Shown here one piece after another: positions 12,270 to 25,010 of a DNA stretch of 64,000 nt (the stretch's first letter is position 1; each line of letters begins with the position of its first letter). The notes below the pieces were generated by a model. That model made no database searches. It worked only from the letters and a program-made list of their open reading frames with translations, and was not told where the DNA came from. A program made the translations under genes and the position numbers. Source of the DNA: Zootoca vivipara (taxonomy: Eukaryota); contig NC_083288.1 in assembly GCF_963506605.1 (NCBI RefSeq), positions 40,486,001-40,550,000 of the forward strand. Direction: 5' to 3'.

Positions 12270-13229
12270 ATGAACCCAACAGACTTCGGAAACCATACAA
12301 TCCTTACTGAATTTATCTTGCTGGGATTTGGGAATCTGGGCCATCTGGATCTCCTCTTCTTCTTCGTCTTCCTAGCGATCTACATTGCGACCATGGTGGG
12401 CAACATCCTCCTCATTGTGCTGGTGGTATCAGACCACAACCTCCACACACCTATGTACTTCTTCTTGGGAAATCTGTCTTGCTTAGAGATCTGCTACAGT
12501 TCCAACATTATGCCCAAGATGCTTGCTGGCCTCATCCTCTACCAGGGCAAAGTCATTTCTGTGGCAGGCTGCATGATGCAGTTTTATTTTTTTGGTTTCC
12601 TGGTAGTTTCAGAGTGTTATCTCTTGGCTGCCATGTCTTACGATAGGTATGTGGCAATATGCAAGCCGTTGCTCTATGTGATTGTTATGGATGGCAAAAC
12701 CTGCGTTCAGCTAGTGGCAGGGGCTTGGGTAATCAGTTTGCTGGTTATTAACCTAACAATATGTTTAACCCAGCAATTAACCTTCTGCGGTCCCAACACA
12801 ATAGACCATTTCTTTTGCGACTACAGCCCATTGTTAAAACTGTCTTGCAATGACACCCACATGATGGAGCTGGTAACTACTCTTCTGGCGGGAGTGTGCT
12901 CCCTGCCACCCTTTGTTTTAACTCTGGCTTCCTATAGTTCTATCATACGAGCCATTCTGAGAATCCCGTCCACTGTTGGAAAGCAAAAGGCCTTCTCTAC
13001 CTGCTCCTCTCACCTCATGGTAGTGTCCATCTTCTATGGCACGATCATTATTGTCTACCTGTTACCAAGAACGGACGCAATGCGAGATTGGAACAAGGTC
13101 TTTTCTCTCTTCTACATAGTCCTGACTCCATTGCTCAATCCCCTCATATATAGCCTGAGAAACAGGGAGGTGCAGAATGCTTTGAGTAAAGTGCTTCTTA
13201 AATTATCCACTTACAGAACTGTAGCTTAA
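12270..13229 (+). CDS. Class II olfactory receptor, intact, 319 aa (family 11/6-like)
   Basis: Single-exon ORF with N-glycosylation site NHT and OR motifs LHTPMYFFLGNLS, MSYDRYVAICKPL, KAFSTCSSHL, PLLNPLIYSLRN. Confidence 0.97.
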   Translation: MNPTDFGNHTILTEFILLGFGNLGHLDLLFFFVFLAIYIATMVGNILLIVLVVSDHNLHTPMYFFLGNLSCLEICYSSNIMPKMLAGLILYQGKVISVAGCMMQFYFFGFLVVSECYLLAAMSYDRYVAICKPLLYVIVMDGKTCVQLVAGAWVISLLVINLTICLTQQLTFCGPNTIDHFFCDYSPLLKLSCNDTHMMELVTTLLAGVCSLPPFVLTLASYSSIIRAILRIPSTVGKQKAFSTCSSHLMVVSIFYGTIIIVYLLPRTDAMRDWNKVFSLFYIVLTPLLNPLIYSLRNREVQNALSKVLLKLSTYRTVA

Positions 13230-14461
13230 GACGTCTGGCTACTTAGGACTGTGGCCACCTAAGTCCTACTCAGAGTAGACCCATTGAAATGAAGGAACCA
13301 AAGTCTGTCATGTCCACTGGCCACAATGGCTCTGCTTTGAGTCGGACCAGCACTAGATACAACCCTTATATTTGTCTTGAAGAGAGGAGTGTGGAATCTC
13401 AGGCATCTCTATATACAGGACATCCATCCCTCCCCAGGCCACTTGGCTCAGGTTCCCATGTTTGTACCCTCTCAAGCACTTTTGCCTGGCCAGAATGTGA
13501 CCTTGAAGTGTAATGATAATGCTGGCTGGAATGTGGTGTGTATGTGTGTAGAAGAAACCTTTATGCCTTGTGTGACTAGAATGCCACTTACTGTGCAAAT
13601 ATAAGATTCATATCCATTACGCAGATCACTTTCATCTCTTGACCTGCCTATCACTTGCACCTGCCCCCTGAAAGGTTGCCCACAATGAAATGTGGCCCTT
13701 TGGCTGAAAAAAGTTTTCTCTCTGACCTCTCCTTTAAAAGATATCATGTTCCTTTGGAAGGCCCAGGTTTGGGCAAAGCGTTATGAGGCTGGAGCTTAAT
13801 TCACCTGCATCTCAAAATTATCTTGTTTCTTTTGAAATATGATGTGTCATTTATCATTCTAGTGCTTCCGTGGGATTGGAGTGAAATTGACTGTGCTCAT
13901 TCAAGATGAAATTCTACATTTCAGGTCTGAAAATAGGTACAATCCACTGATTTGATTCTGAGAGCAGAAGAAGCATTTCAGAAACTTTCATTTAATTGGC
14001 TAAGAAACCAAACAAACCCCTATTCTAGATGTGGAAAAAGACTCAGAAGTTTGGAGCTGACTGAAGAACACTTATTAGTGCAGCAAAATTCTTTGAGCTG
14101 TGTTTATGTGCCAGCTTGGCCCCGTGACTGTGGGTGCCCAGGGCCATGGGTGTCATGAAGTGTGCATGGCCCTGATACTAAAATTTGTGGGTGCTCGATC
14201 CCTTCATGAGGAATTTTGTGGGTGATTGAGCACCCAGGGCCCCAGGGAGCTGGCACCTATGTATGTAGAAGGCTGAGGGATCCACTGGCACTTCTGAAAT
14301 CTCTCACTGCTTGGAGAGATTGGGGTGCACGTAACAATATTTTGCTGATAATTGTGAAAAAAATGCACAAATACAACACAATTTGTGACATAAACAAATA
14401 TAGTTTGAGAAGATTAACTAAACCCAAAAAACTAAAAGGAGCAACTCGGGAACATGAAAGC

Positions 14462-14945
14462 TTTTTTTTATAAAATAATTTTTATTGATTTTATATAGCA
14501 AAGAAAGACATACAAAACACATTCTACCTTCTTCTTTCTCCCCTCCACGAGCCCCCCTCTGCCACAAGAGAGCCCCATGAACAGAGAACAGTCAAAGGCA
14601 ATCCATTATGTAATTGAGTTCCCCCCACTCCTCCCCCCCGAGCCCCCCCTGCCACTAGAGGCCCCAGGATGGTAAGGAAAAGTAGAGGCGGGTATCCACC
14701 CAACTAGTTTTCCATAATTGCCTTAAAATCTAAAAAGAAAAAGAAAGAGAGAGAGAAAAGCAAAAAAAGAAGAAAAAAGAACAAAAAGGAAAATAAGAAA
14801 ACCAAAAAAGAAGAAAGACACTCATCTTATTTTTAATCCCTTGGTAATATCTTAGTGACTTCCTCATATCCCCTCTTCCTGGTTGTTCATAATTTCTATT
14901 TACTAATCTTAGCAGATTTCTTCATTCCAATTTCAATTCTTATTC
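14462..14945 (-). mobile_element. Probable 5'-truncated LINE (L1-like) 3' UTR
   Basis: T-run and tttattg (AATAAA plus A tail on the minus strand) followed by composition like an L1 3' UTR. No TSD found. Confidence 0.45.
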
Positions 14946-15872
14946 TTGAGCACACATTCCAATGTCTACCACATTCCTCCTGAAAGCTTTTGTGATATTT
15001 GGCATCACATCACAGGCAAGACATTACATCACATTACATGGAAGGTCATGCAGAAACCCCATACTTGTTTTGCAGCGGAGAGTGGAAGAAATTATTCTGA
15101 TCAGGGTTACATATGCAGTGACACATGTGTGTACAAGCTCATGCTGGATCCTACTGCGTGTGGAACAAAGCATGGATGATGATATTTATTGAGTCATCCC
15201 CCCATCAACCTCTATTTATTAAAGAGCTGCACTGCATCTCAGTGGTATAAATACTTCTGTTGGTATATTAGTGAAACCAGAATTCTTTCTATTCCATCTA
15301 TAATAAGGTTGGTGACAATTTTTAATAGTCTGAGCTGCTTAACTGCTGGAGACACAGCTCTCATATTCCCAGCTCCAATGCAGAGCCTTCCTGAACTGAG
15401 GAATCAACCAAGCCAACAGCATACCCTCTTTGAGTTCAATTCTCCCTAACATGTAGTTATGCTCTTATGCATCATAGGGAATAAATAATACAGGCAAGCC
15501 CCAATTTGCATGGGGGTTGTGTTCCTAGCCCCCCCATGCATCGGGAGAGTGCACATAAGCCCTTGTTCTGCCCCCATTCTTCCAGGCCCAAAATGACCCA
15601 CGTTGGTGGTCACATGTCAATTGAACACATGCAGAATGGTCACCGCCTATACTGTACAGCAGAGTGGTGTAATGGCTAGAGTGCCAGACTAACACCTGGG
15701 AGACCAGGGTTCAAATCGCCACTCAGTGATGAAGCTCACTGTGTGACTTTGGGCTCTAACGTAACCTCACAGGTTTGCTGTGAGGATAAAATGAGGAAGT
15801 GGGAGAAACATGGGACTCAGCTACACTGACAAAGAAACATCTCTTTATATGTGTTGTTTATGCATTCCAACA

Positions 15873-16216
15873 GGGGGACGCGGGTGGCGCTGTGGGTTAA
15901 ACCACAGAGGCTAGGGCTTGCTGATAAGAAGGTCGGCGGTTCGAAACCCCGCGATTGGGTGAGCTCCCGTTGCTCGGTCCCAGCTCCTGCCAACCTAGCA
16001 GTTCTAAAGCACGTCAAAGTGCAAGTAGATAAATAGGTACCGCTACAGCGGGACGGTAAAAGGCGTTTCTGCGTGCTGCTCTGGTTCACCAGAAGCGGCT
16101 TAGTCATGCTGGTCACATGACCTGGAAGCTGTACGCCGGCTCCCTTGGCCAATAACGCGACATGAGCGCCGCAACCCCAGAGTCAGTCATGACTGGACCT
16201 AATGGTCAGGGGTCCC
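15873..16216 (+). mobile_element. Sauria SINE
   Basis: gggacgcgggtggcgctgtgg head with A and B boxes, ggtcagggtcccttta tail; TSD tttatgcattccaaca (15857-15872 / 16217-16232). Confidence 0.95.
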
Positions 16217-16939
16217 TTTATGCATTCCAACACCGTGACACCGGATGGCGTTGTGGAGTCCCATTTTTGCTAACCTGATTTCTCATACAAAGTTTGCAAT
16301 GTGTTTAGCTGAAATGCTTCTTTGATGGGTCCAGCCATGCATACCACCTGGATACAAAAGGATGGATATAAATGTAATTAACAAAAACCAACCAACAAAG
16401 GAAGTATCACCCACCCACTCCTAAATCCAAGAGAAACTCTTAGGACTGGTGTCAGAGGTCAGCATCCCTGGGCTTCTACTGAGGCCCACATTCCAGAGGG
16501 AGGAGGCACTGGTAACCCTTGATGTCCCCAAACCTTGTTGCTCACTGTCACTTCCTGGTCACCACCAGCACTCTGCAAACAGGGACACTAGTGAAGCAAT
16601 AGGGCAGCAACCTCCACTTGCCTTATGCTGTTTCTGGGTGGTTGTGTGGCTGGAGGTGAGAGGAGGCAAGTGAGTAGGCAATGAGGATATCAGTGAGGGG
16701 GCGACGGATCCATTCAGAGCATCTTCTCCCAGGACTCCCCAAAGCCTGGAGTCATCACTGGCAACCACTGGGAGGTGGAGGAAAGGGAATAAAGATGCAT
16801 TGCAACACACCTGCCCACCCGCCCACCATTATTATTTAGCCACCCTCCATGCTGAACCTCAACCGCATGACAAAGATATCCTTATTCCTGCAGGTGTCTT
16901 AAGAGAATGTTCAGGCATCTGTTCAGTTTTATTGGTTTA

Positions 16940-17689
16940 CTAGCTGGCCCTGCCACGCGTTGTGGGGGCTCAGTTTGTTAAATGGAGCCTCAGAGTCCCA
17001 CTTTAGACTCCCCTCACCTTCAGAATCCCCCTGTTTTTCGTGTGTTATGTTTACATAGGCACATCCCTGTGTCTCCCCCACCCTGTTCCGACCTATTACC
17101 TATCCCTGTCCCCCTCCCCCCTCCCCTGGTTCATCCCTGCTCTTGGGCCCACCCTGTCCCGACCCATGAGCTATTTGGCCCCCCATCCCCCGCCCAGGCA
17201 GGCCCCTACCTCCACTCGGCCTAGTCTGCAAAGCCGAGCTTAGATACTGTGGAGAGGGCAGGTTTCATCCCTGTGTCTCCCCCCCACACCCTGTTCCAAT
17301 CCATTACCTATTCCTGGCCCCTATTCTCTCCCCCCAGGCAACGCCCTACCTCCACTCAGCCTAGTCTGGAAAGCGGCCTAGTCTATAAAGCCGAGCCTGT
17401 GGAGAGGGTAGGTTTCCTAGGTGTATTACCAGTGTAGTCGTCACTAGAGGGTGTTGCAATCTCTCCTGTGCTCCCAGCATGCACTTGTGGATGATTTGTG
17501 AGTTCTGGAACACGGAGTTTTTGGGGTTTTACCTGGCGTAGCTGACACATCTGTGTTTGAAAACAGTCTGGGGACAGTCGCGCAGTCACATTTGACTTTG
17601 TGTCCAAATTTCAATGGTATTGGGCAAGCGGTTTTGTAGAACATAGGAGATGAAGGAACATACCCAGTTTACATTTATATATATATAGA
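16940..17689 (-). mobile_element. Non-autonomous Helitron (750 bp)
   Basis: Minus strand begins A|TCTATATATATATAAATG and ends with a short hairpin (CCAC-aacgc-GTGG) followed by CTAG|T. Inserted between A and T with no TSD; contains an internal duplicated segment. Confidence 0.8.
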
Positions 17690-17911
17690 TTCTCTGTGAT
17701 TTATTTTATATACACCCCTTACAGATGCTAATGATTAGGTAGTATATAAACGCCTTAAATGTTATTGTTATTCTTATCATCTCAATTTCTTACCTGTCCT
17801 TCACTATAAAGTCCCTGGGCAGGTTATAACAATTTAAAAATACATTATCAATGGATTCCTGCTGTAGTGCAACAGATAAATGGAATTGGTTTGATACAGC
17901 TTGATTATTAT

Positions 17912-18880
17912 CTAAGGAACACCTCCCTTCCTTGCCATTGATTTCTTGAAAGCAGCTTTTATCTCTTTGTTCCTAAGACTGTAAATAATTGGGTTGAATG
18001 ATGGTGTCACTACTGTTTAGAGGAGAGAAAGGATCCTGTCGCTGTCCAGGGAATAGACTGATTTGGGTCGAACGTAGGTGAAAGTGACAGTTCCGTAGAA
18101 AAGAGAAACGACAATGAGATGTGAGGAGCAGGTGGAGAAGGCTTTGCGTCTGTTCTTGGCTGAAGGCATCCTTAGGATGGTGGCGATGATGAGCATGTAC
18201 GACAACAGGATGAGCAAAAATGGTACCAGGATAAAGAACACAGTTACCGTAGCAACTGCCACTTCATTCTTGAAGGTGTCAGTGGTAGCCAGTCTCAAAA
18301 CGGGCAGAATATCACAGAAAAAATGGTTGATTCTGTTAGGGCCACAATAGGGAAGAGTAAATATAGAAATGGACTGGCCCAAAGCCACCAAACTACCAAT
18401 GGCCCATGAAATAGAAGCCAGCAGAGCACATTCCTTAGGGCTCATGATGCAGGTATATTGCAGAGGTTTACAGATGGCGACGTAGCGGTCAAATGCCATG
18501 ACGGAAAGAAGGCAACACTCAGTAATACCAAAGAAAATAAAGAAATACATCTGAATCCCGCAGCCTACAAAGGATATGGTCTGATTCTCTGACAGTAAAT
18601 GTTCAAGCGTCTTTGGGATGATGGATGTGGTGTAGCCGATTTCCAAAAAGGACAAGTTCCAGAGGAAGAAGTACATTGGTGTGTGAAGGGTAGGCTCGGC
18701 AACCGTGATGATCAATATCAGGCTGTTCCCAATCAATGCCACCAAGTAGAATATGAGTACCAGCAAAAAAAGGAGAGCTTGCATGCTCTGGAAGTCTGAG
18801 AAGCCCACAAACACAATCTCGGTCAAACAGGACTGGTTGCCTCTTTTCATGTCATCATCCAGAGGGGATCCTGGAGACAT
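17912..18880 (-). pseudogene. Class II olfactory receptor (family 10-like) with one premature stop in TM7
   Basis: ATG at 18880 or 18850, after a polypyrimidine-CAG acceptor ending at 18889. All OR motifs present. TAA at 18019-18017 replaces the conserved Tyr (LSLL*TVVTPSFNPIIYSLRNKE); the frame continues to TAG at 17914-17912. Confidence 0.93.
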
Positions 18881-19174
18881 AACAAGAGCTGCAGATAAAG
18901 AGACGAGGGTTAGAATTACAGGCAACCCCTGATTTGTGTGCGATCGTGTTTGTGGCCCCCGTGTGCATTGGTGGAATGCACATAAGCCCACCCGCCCTGC
19001 TACACCCTGTTCCGCCCCATTCTGCCCTCTTCTGGGTCCAAAATGTTGGAGGTCACGCATCAACTGAATGCTTGCAAAATGAGTACCAACCTGTAATTCA
19101 AGTACCTTAGCTATGTCAAATAGAAGATTTACATCCTGATTTTTCTGTTTTTACTCAGAGGTAAGTCCCGTTGA

Positions 19175-19532
19175 GGGACGCGGGTGGCGCTGTGGGTTAA
19201 ACCACAGAGCCTAGGGCTTGCCGATCAGAAGGTCAGCGGTTCGAATCCCTGCGACGGGGTGAGCTCCCGTTGCTCGGTCCCAGCTCCTGCCAACCTAGCA
19301 ATTCGAAAGCACGTCAAAGTGCAAGTAGATAAATAGGTACCGCTACAGCGGGAAGGTAAACGGTGTTGCTGTGTGCTGCTCTGGTTTGCCAGAAGTGGCT
19401 TGGTCATGCTGGCCACATGACCCGGAAGCTGTAAGCCGGCTCCCTCGGCCAATAACACAAGATGAGCACCGCAACCCCAGAGTTGGTCATGACTGGACCT
19501 AATGGTCAGGGGTCCCTTTACCTTTACCTACC
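19175..19532 (+). mobile_element. Sauria SINE
   Basis: Same consensus as 15873, with a cctttaccta tail; TSD ggtaagtcccg(t/c)tga (19160-19174 / 19533-19547). Confidence 0.95.
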
Positions 19533-19671
19533 GGTAAGTCCCGCTGAGTTCAATGGAGCCAATCCCTTGGAAAAGTATGCAAGGGATAATAGTTTTAGTA
19601 TTTGTGAACAATGCATTTTGTGTGACTTCGCAGTCTTGCAACTAACCTAAGATCAACTCTTGTTGGACATA

Positions 19672-19950
19672 CGAACATAGGAAGAGTCCTGCTGGATCTG
19701 ACCAAAGGCCTCTCTCATCCAGCATCCTGTTCCCACAGTGACCAGCCAACGGGAAGCCTGCAAGTAGCATATGAGCACGGCAGAGCTCTCCCCACTTGTG
19801 ATTCCCAGCAACTGGTATTTAGAGCCATACAACCCATAAGGTCAGTGTGGAGAGCCTTATGAATTTGTCTGAGCCCCTTTGAAAGCCACCCAGGTTACCA
19901 CACCTTGTGGTAGGAAATTCCATAGCTTAGCAATGCACTGTGTGAATAAG
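19672..19950 (-). mobile_element. CR1-type LINE 3' fragment
   Basis: Starts gaacataggaagagtcctgctggatctgaccaaaggcc, resembling a CR1 3' terminus in reverse. Boundaries approximate. Confidence 0.55.
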
Positions 19951-22849
19951 TACTGTATTCCCTTTTGTCTGGATCTCAGGCTTATATGTCAGAATTGCTC
20001 CTTTCAAGTCTAAATGTGGTTTCTCTGGAATTCTAGGCACCTTTAAAATAATTTGAACTATCCTGATCTATCAGTGCTTGGTTCAGATAGTGAGGAAGAC
20101 TCAAATGAACTCCAGGTTCACGCCTTTTGTAAGCCTGTGATCACCTAATAAATAATTGATTGATCGATTGATCTATCGATTGAGTAGGGATCCCTGTTGG
20201 AGAATTTTGAGGTCATGTGCTAAAATATTTCGTAAACCAAAAACATTTTTTCTATACCATCTCCTTGACACAACAATGGAAATTTCCACTAATGTACAGT
20301 CCTCTCGGGCATGTAATGTGTAACCATCTCCACAAACAAATTACACAATAGCTCCCTACAACATAACAAAAAGCCCCCCACAATACGTTGACCAATTTTC
20401 TACTTAAAAACCATGTAAACACCATCTCCTTCCTTTTATGAGCGAAGGAACCAGCCAGCCAGCTGATCAAACAACCACACCCTTAGGTAACCTATGGTAG
20501 ATAGACCTTACATTTCTGTTAGCTTTCTGATAATTCTCAGGTAGATGACAAATGTCCACTGAATAAAAAAACTGGAACTTCTGCACCATTCATTGGGAAG
20601 TCCAAGCACTGAAGATTCTTTTGCTGCAATGCCTCTTCAGTTAGTACTATATCTGGAGAAGATCTTTCTTCAGATACTTTGTTGGTTGCTAACATCATGG
20701 TACTAAGCATGGTTAGAAAAGGGGCTTTTAAATCCCCATTAGGTCCAGAATTCTAAAGGGACTTGGTGGATTTTCTCTTGGCAAAGCCATGAGGCAAAGG
20801 CATTGTTAATTGCAGTAGGATTTGGTAAACAAATGGCAGGGGGAAGATTGGGGAAGGAATCCATTAAGTATTTGGTTTCTGAGCAGACATCCTGCCACTG
20901 TGATGATGAACCATACAAAATTGATGGGCAGAGTTCCATTTTTTTCCATGCTTGGAGCTACAGAAAGCCAATCTTTTGTATTTGAATTCTGTCAGGTCTC
21001 TTTTTCACTGCCATGTCTTTGATATTATCCGCTGCTCCCATCACTTAAATTCCAAGCTGTTTAATTAATTGATGACACAGATCTTTTATTTGGCATTTCA
21101 GGGAAATATCATTGCAAATGTAATATATGTAAACTAAACAATATAAGAGACATTACAAAAAGAACACAATTTAAAACTTTTAAACACTCAATAACCTTAA
21201 GCTATCCAGCAGTCCAGTGCACTCATACTGTATCATTGGAATTCGTTAGATTGGTGAGTGTGAGAGATGGGGGTCATATCAGTGGTGGCCCCAAATTGTG
21301 GAACTCTCATTCAATTAATATTGGTTTGACACCTTCAGTTATGGCATTTGATAAAGTCTTGAAAATGTCTCTCTCTGTAATCTTCTGTCCTTAAAAGAGT
21401 TTAGGTCAGATGTGGGGAACCTCAGGCCCAGGGACCCTCTCTGGGCCACCCTCCTCCAGCCCTCCCTGCTTATGGTCCTACTTCATACCACAACTGTTTT
21501 TTTGCTTGGCTGAAATGTCTCCTTGAACTCTGATAAAATTTATATGAAAAGGTGAAACTTCTGGGAAAAGGGGCACAACTCATTCTGAAAAGGGGATGGA
21601 ACCATTTGTCTTTTAGTTTGACATAAAGTAAGTCCTTTATTCTTCTCATATTGGCCGCAAATGGTACAATATTTGCGTAATATATTCAAACAGCCTGGCC
21701 CCAAATCAGTATTTGAGCTCCTGTACTTTCTCAACCATCTTTAAAGGCAGTCCGTGTAAGGTGATCCTGTGGATGGGTATTTCACAGATGCATAGCTGCC
21801 AAGTTATCCCTTTTTTAAGGGAAATTCCCTTATGCTGAATAGGCTTCCTCGCGAGAAAAGGGAAAACTTGGCAACTATGCAGATGGGAACACTGATGTGG
21901 GGTTTTCAAATTCACAAATGCATGTTTAATTAGACAAGCACTTCTGCTTACGTGTCCTAACTCTGGCATAACAGTGTAAGGACACATAAGCAGGAGTCAT
22001 TACTACCATATGGTACTCATAGTTGATAGGCTGCGAGGGATTGCATTAGTGATTCTCTGTTCCAAGTTGATTTCTGATCTAAAATTGAACACTACAGGGA
22101 CGAAGCTCCAAAGTGATCAATTGAGCACTGTCCTTGTGGAATCAATGGGGAGTTTTAATTAACCTCTAGAGAAATTAAATGAAGAGATGCAAATAACTTT
22201 CTTGTAATTCCAATACGAGTCTAATGGGTCCTTTTAGGCATGCTTTGAAAAATGCAGTTTCCAGCAAGAATTCCCACATGGAAATGACAAAAGAGGAGAA
22301 TGAATGCCACTGATTTAAGCCAGGCAAGGGAAGAATTGGACATATTCTGTGTAGGGCTGGGGAATATTTTTCAGACCCAAGGTCACATTCCCTCCCAAGC
22401 AACCTTCCAGGGCCTACATGCCAGTGGTGGGTAAAAGTGGTTGGAGCAATGATTGTTAATTTTGCCTTTGGACAGTGTGCTGGTTACGATGAACACTCTT
22501 ACACGCCTATCTATCATCCATCCAGGGATGCAAGGAGCTTTATCAAAATAGAAAGACACATTCCAGCCAGGCAAACACACCCAACAAGGGTGAAAAATAG
22601 GGCTGGTGAGTGGTGTGGTCTGGGATAGAGGATGTAGCTGCAGAGGAGGTGTAGCTTAGGAAAACTCTAAGAGAAGACTGGGCTATCCTATTTGGACCCT
22701 ACAGCTGAGGTTCATGTGTGTAGGTGGGTATGTGGTGTGGTGGCCCAAAGTTTGCATTTCATTCATTGTGCAAGTTGCAGTGTGGGTGCTTCATTTAGAA
22801 AATCCACCAGACATCTATTAAGTTAACGAATGTAAGCCTATATTGAAGC

Positions 22850-22851
<2 letters not shown>

Positions 22852-22902
<51 letters not shown>
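22852..22902. repeat. (TAA)n microsatellite
   Basis: Seen directly; similar tracts at ~36435-36476, ~58195-58240 and ~61997-62051. Confidence 0.95.
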
Positions 22903-22905
<3 letters not shown>

Positions 22906-24419
22906 TAGACTGTGTCCAATGCTAGTCAGAGTAGACCTACTGAAATTAAGGGACATAGACAACTTAGGTTCGTTAATTTAGATGATGAGGTGACCTTCAC
23001 TTGAGCGAAGCAGCTTGCCAAATATGATGGTTGAACTGTGAATCTTCCTGGGCAGCTCTCCATGGTGCTGAACGTTGGTTTTTGACTTCAGTCCACTGTG
23101 GGTTCAAGTTTGTATTGACCGATCAGATTCCCACCAATAATATGTGTGTGAGAGAGTGCGCGTGCTGTGGAAACCTATGTAGAAAGGAGTGCATGACCCA
23201 GATCCAGAGCCTGGCTATGTTTATGACACGCCAATGGGATCAAGTGTTCTGGTTAAAATTCCTGAAGTGGTGCTAATGACATTTATTCTGTTATTTGCTG
23301 ATGTGATGTGTGCTGCATTTTCATGTTAAAGCACTATCTAAATGAGAAAAACAGCAGATGTAGTGAAAGGAAGGTGCTTGCATAAAAGGGGTATCAAAAA
23401 AGAATGATGAGAAAAAATGGGAGAGGCTGAAGGCAAGGGGTGATATGGGGAGAGCCATTCGTGTTTCTTTCTCATCCACCCAGCTTCAACAATCCTCTGG
23501 CCACCTTTATCTCTCTGTCAAGGTCTCTCTCTCTCCACCATATACCTTTTTGATAGCTGCATCTTCTGGAGTCCTACAACTGCCACATCACCATGCATCA
23601 CTGTTTATTTATGTTTTTCATGAATCATGTAAATAGATGCATTTAACAAGAATGGTCACCTGGAGGCAGCAAAGGGGGGGAAGAAATGACTCTGGGTGCT
23701 CCATGGTGAGAGCAGGGAGCTCTAAGGGAAGAGAGTGTGTAATTTTGCCTCACCATGTAGTGTGAGCTTAAGTTGGGGAGTTGACAGAAGATTCGAGTGC
23801 TACTGCTCCCTTTAAACATTACAACAGCAACAACAGCAACAACAACAACTTTTTATTTCTTATACCCCACCCATCTGACTGGGTTGCCCCAGCCACTGTG
23901 GGCAGCTTCCAACAAAAACACAGGAAACAACCCAACAACAACAAGAACACCAAACATTAAAAGCTACACTCTTGCATACCTGGTTGGTAGGGACTGTTAT
24001 CTTTGTTGTATTGCTACATTTTGGAACTATTAGTACTTATTCTGGTCCACCTATATTAGTTGTTTTCATTTATACTATTGTTTTAAGAGGTTGTTTTATC
24101 CAAGTGTTTTGCACTTCTATAAAATGTGGAGTAATTATTATTTTTTGATAATGTTTTTATGATCATGTAAATCATTCAGAGGTTTCTTTGAAATATAGAA
24201 CGGTATATAAAATGATCTGCCTGCCTACCTAATTAAATACATACACGACAGTAAATGAGCCAGCTCTGTGTTGAGCTGTGTTGAAGGTTACTTAGTAAGC
24301 AGGGATGTAGGGAAATTGCACCCTGCCTACTAAGTAACTAAGAAATTGCACAGCCATGTTCTAATAAACATTGAAGCTTAGTTTACGGATACAGATTTAC
24401 AGGGACATGCTCTCTATTG

Positions 24420-24557
24420 CAGTGTTTCCCAACCAGTGTGCCTCCAGATGTTTTGGGACTGCAACTCCCATCTTCCCTAGCTAGCAAGACCAGTGGTCAG
24501 GAATGATGGGAGTTGTAGTCCCAAAACATCTGGAGGCACACTGGTTGGGAAACACTG
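24420..24557. mobile_element. hAT-type MITE (138 bp)
   Basis: ~51-bp near-perfect inverted arms starting cagtgtttcccaacc; 8-bp TSD ctctattg. Confidence 0.92.
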
Positions 24558-25010
24558 CTCTATTGTAACCGGTTGGGCCTTTCCCCAGGCATCAGTCACA
24601 TTGGCCAAATGAATCTCCCTCAGGAAGACACTGCTGTGTCTGGGTTTTATATCCCTTGGTTCTGTGGTATGATTAATCATAGTATTATTTATACTGCACA
24701 CTTAGGAATATTCCTACAGCAACCCACCAAGTCTAGTTTTGTTACTTTCCCAATTAGTATTAGGAAGGGCTATGGCTCAGTGATAGTGCATAGGCTTTCC
24801 ATACCAAAGATCCCAGGTCCAACTATCCGATTCTATGATTCTATCTATTTAGGTATTGCTTTTTTTCTTTTAAACTACAAGCTGCTTCAGGCAATGTACA
24901 TGACTCTCACAACCTTATCCAATGTGATAGGTTTAGATGAGAGAAAGCACTCAGTGGCTGAGTGAGGCTTTAAAGCCAAGTCCCTCTCAGTCAAAGTCCA
25001 GCACTCACCA

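Noticed and set aside
15873-15960. tRNA-like A and B boxes
   Set aside because: SINE heads rather than tRNA genes; no cloverleaf, and followed by a SINE body.
18881-19063. 61-aa N-terminal extension of the OR ORF
   Set aside because: Lies almost entirely upstream of a clear splice acceptor and runs through a MITE-like insertion; intronic read-through.
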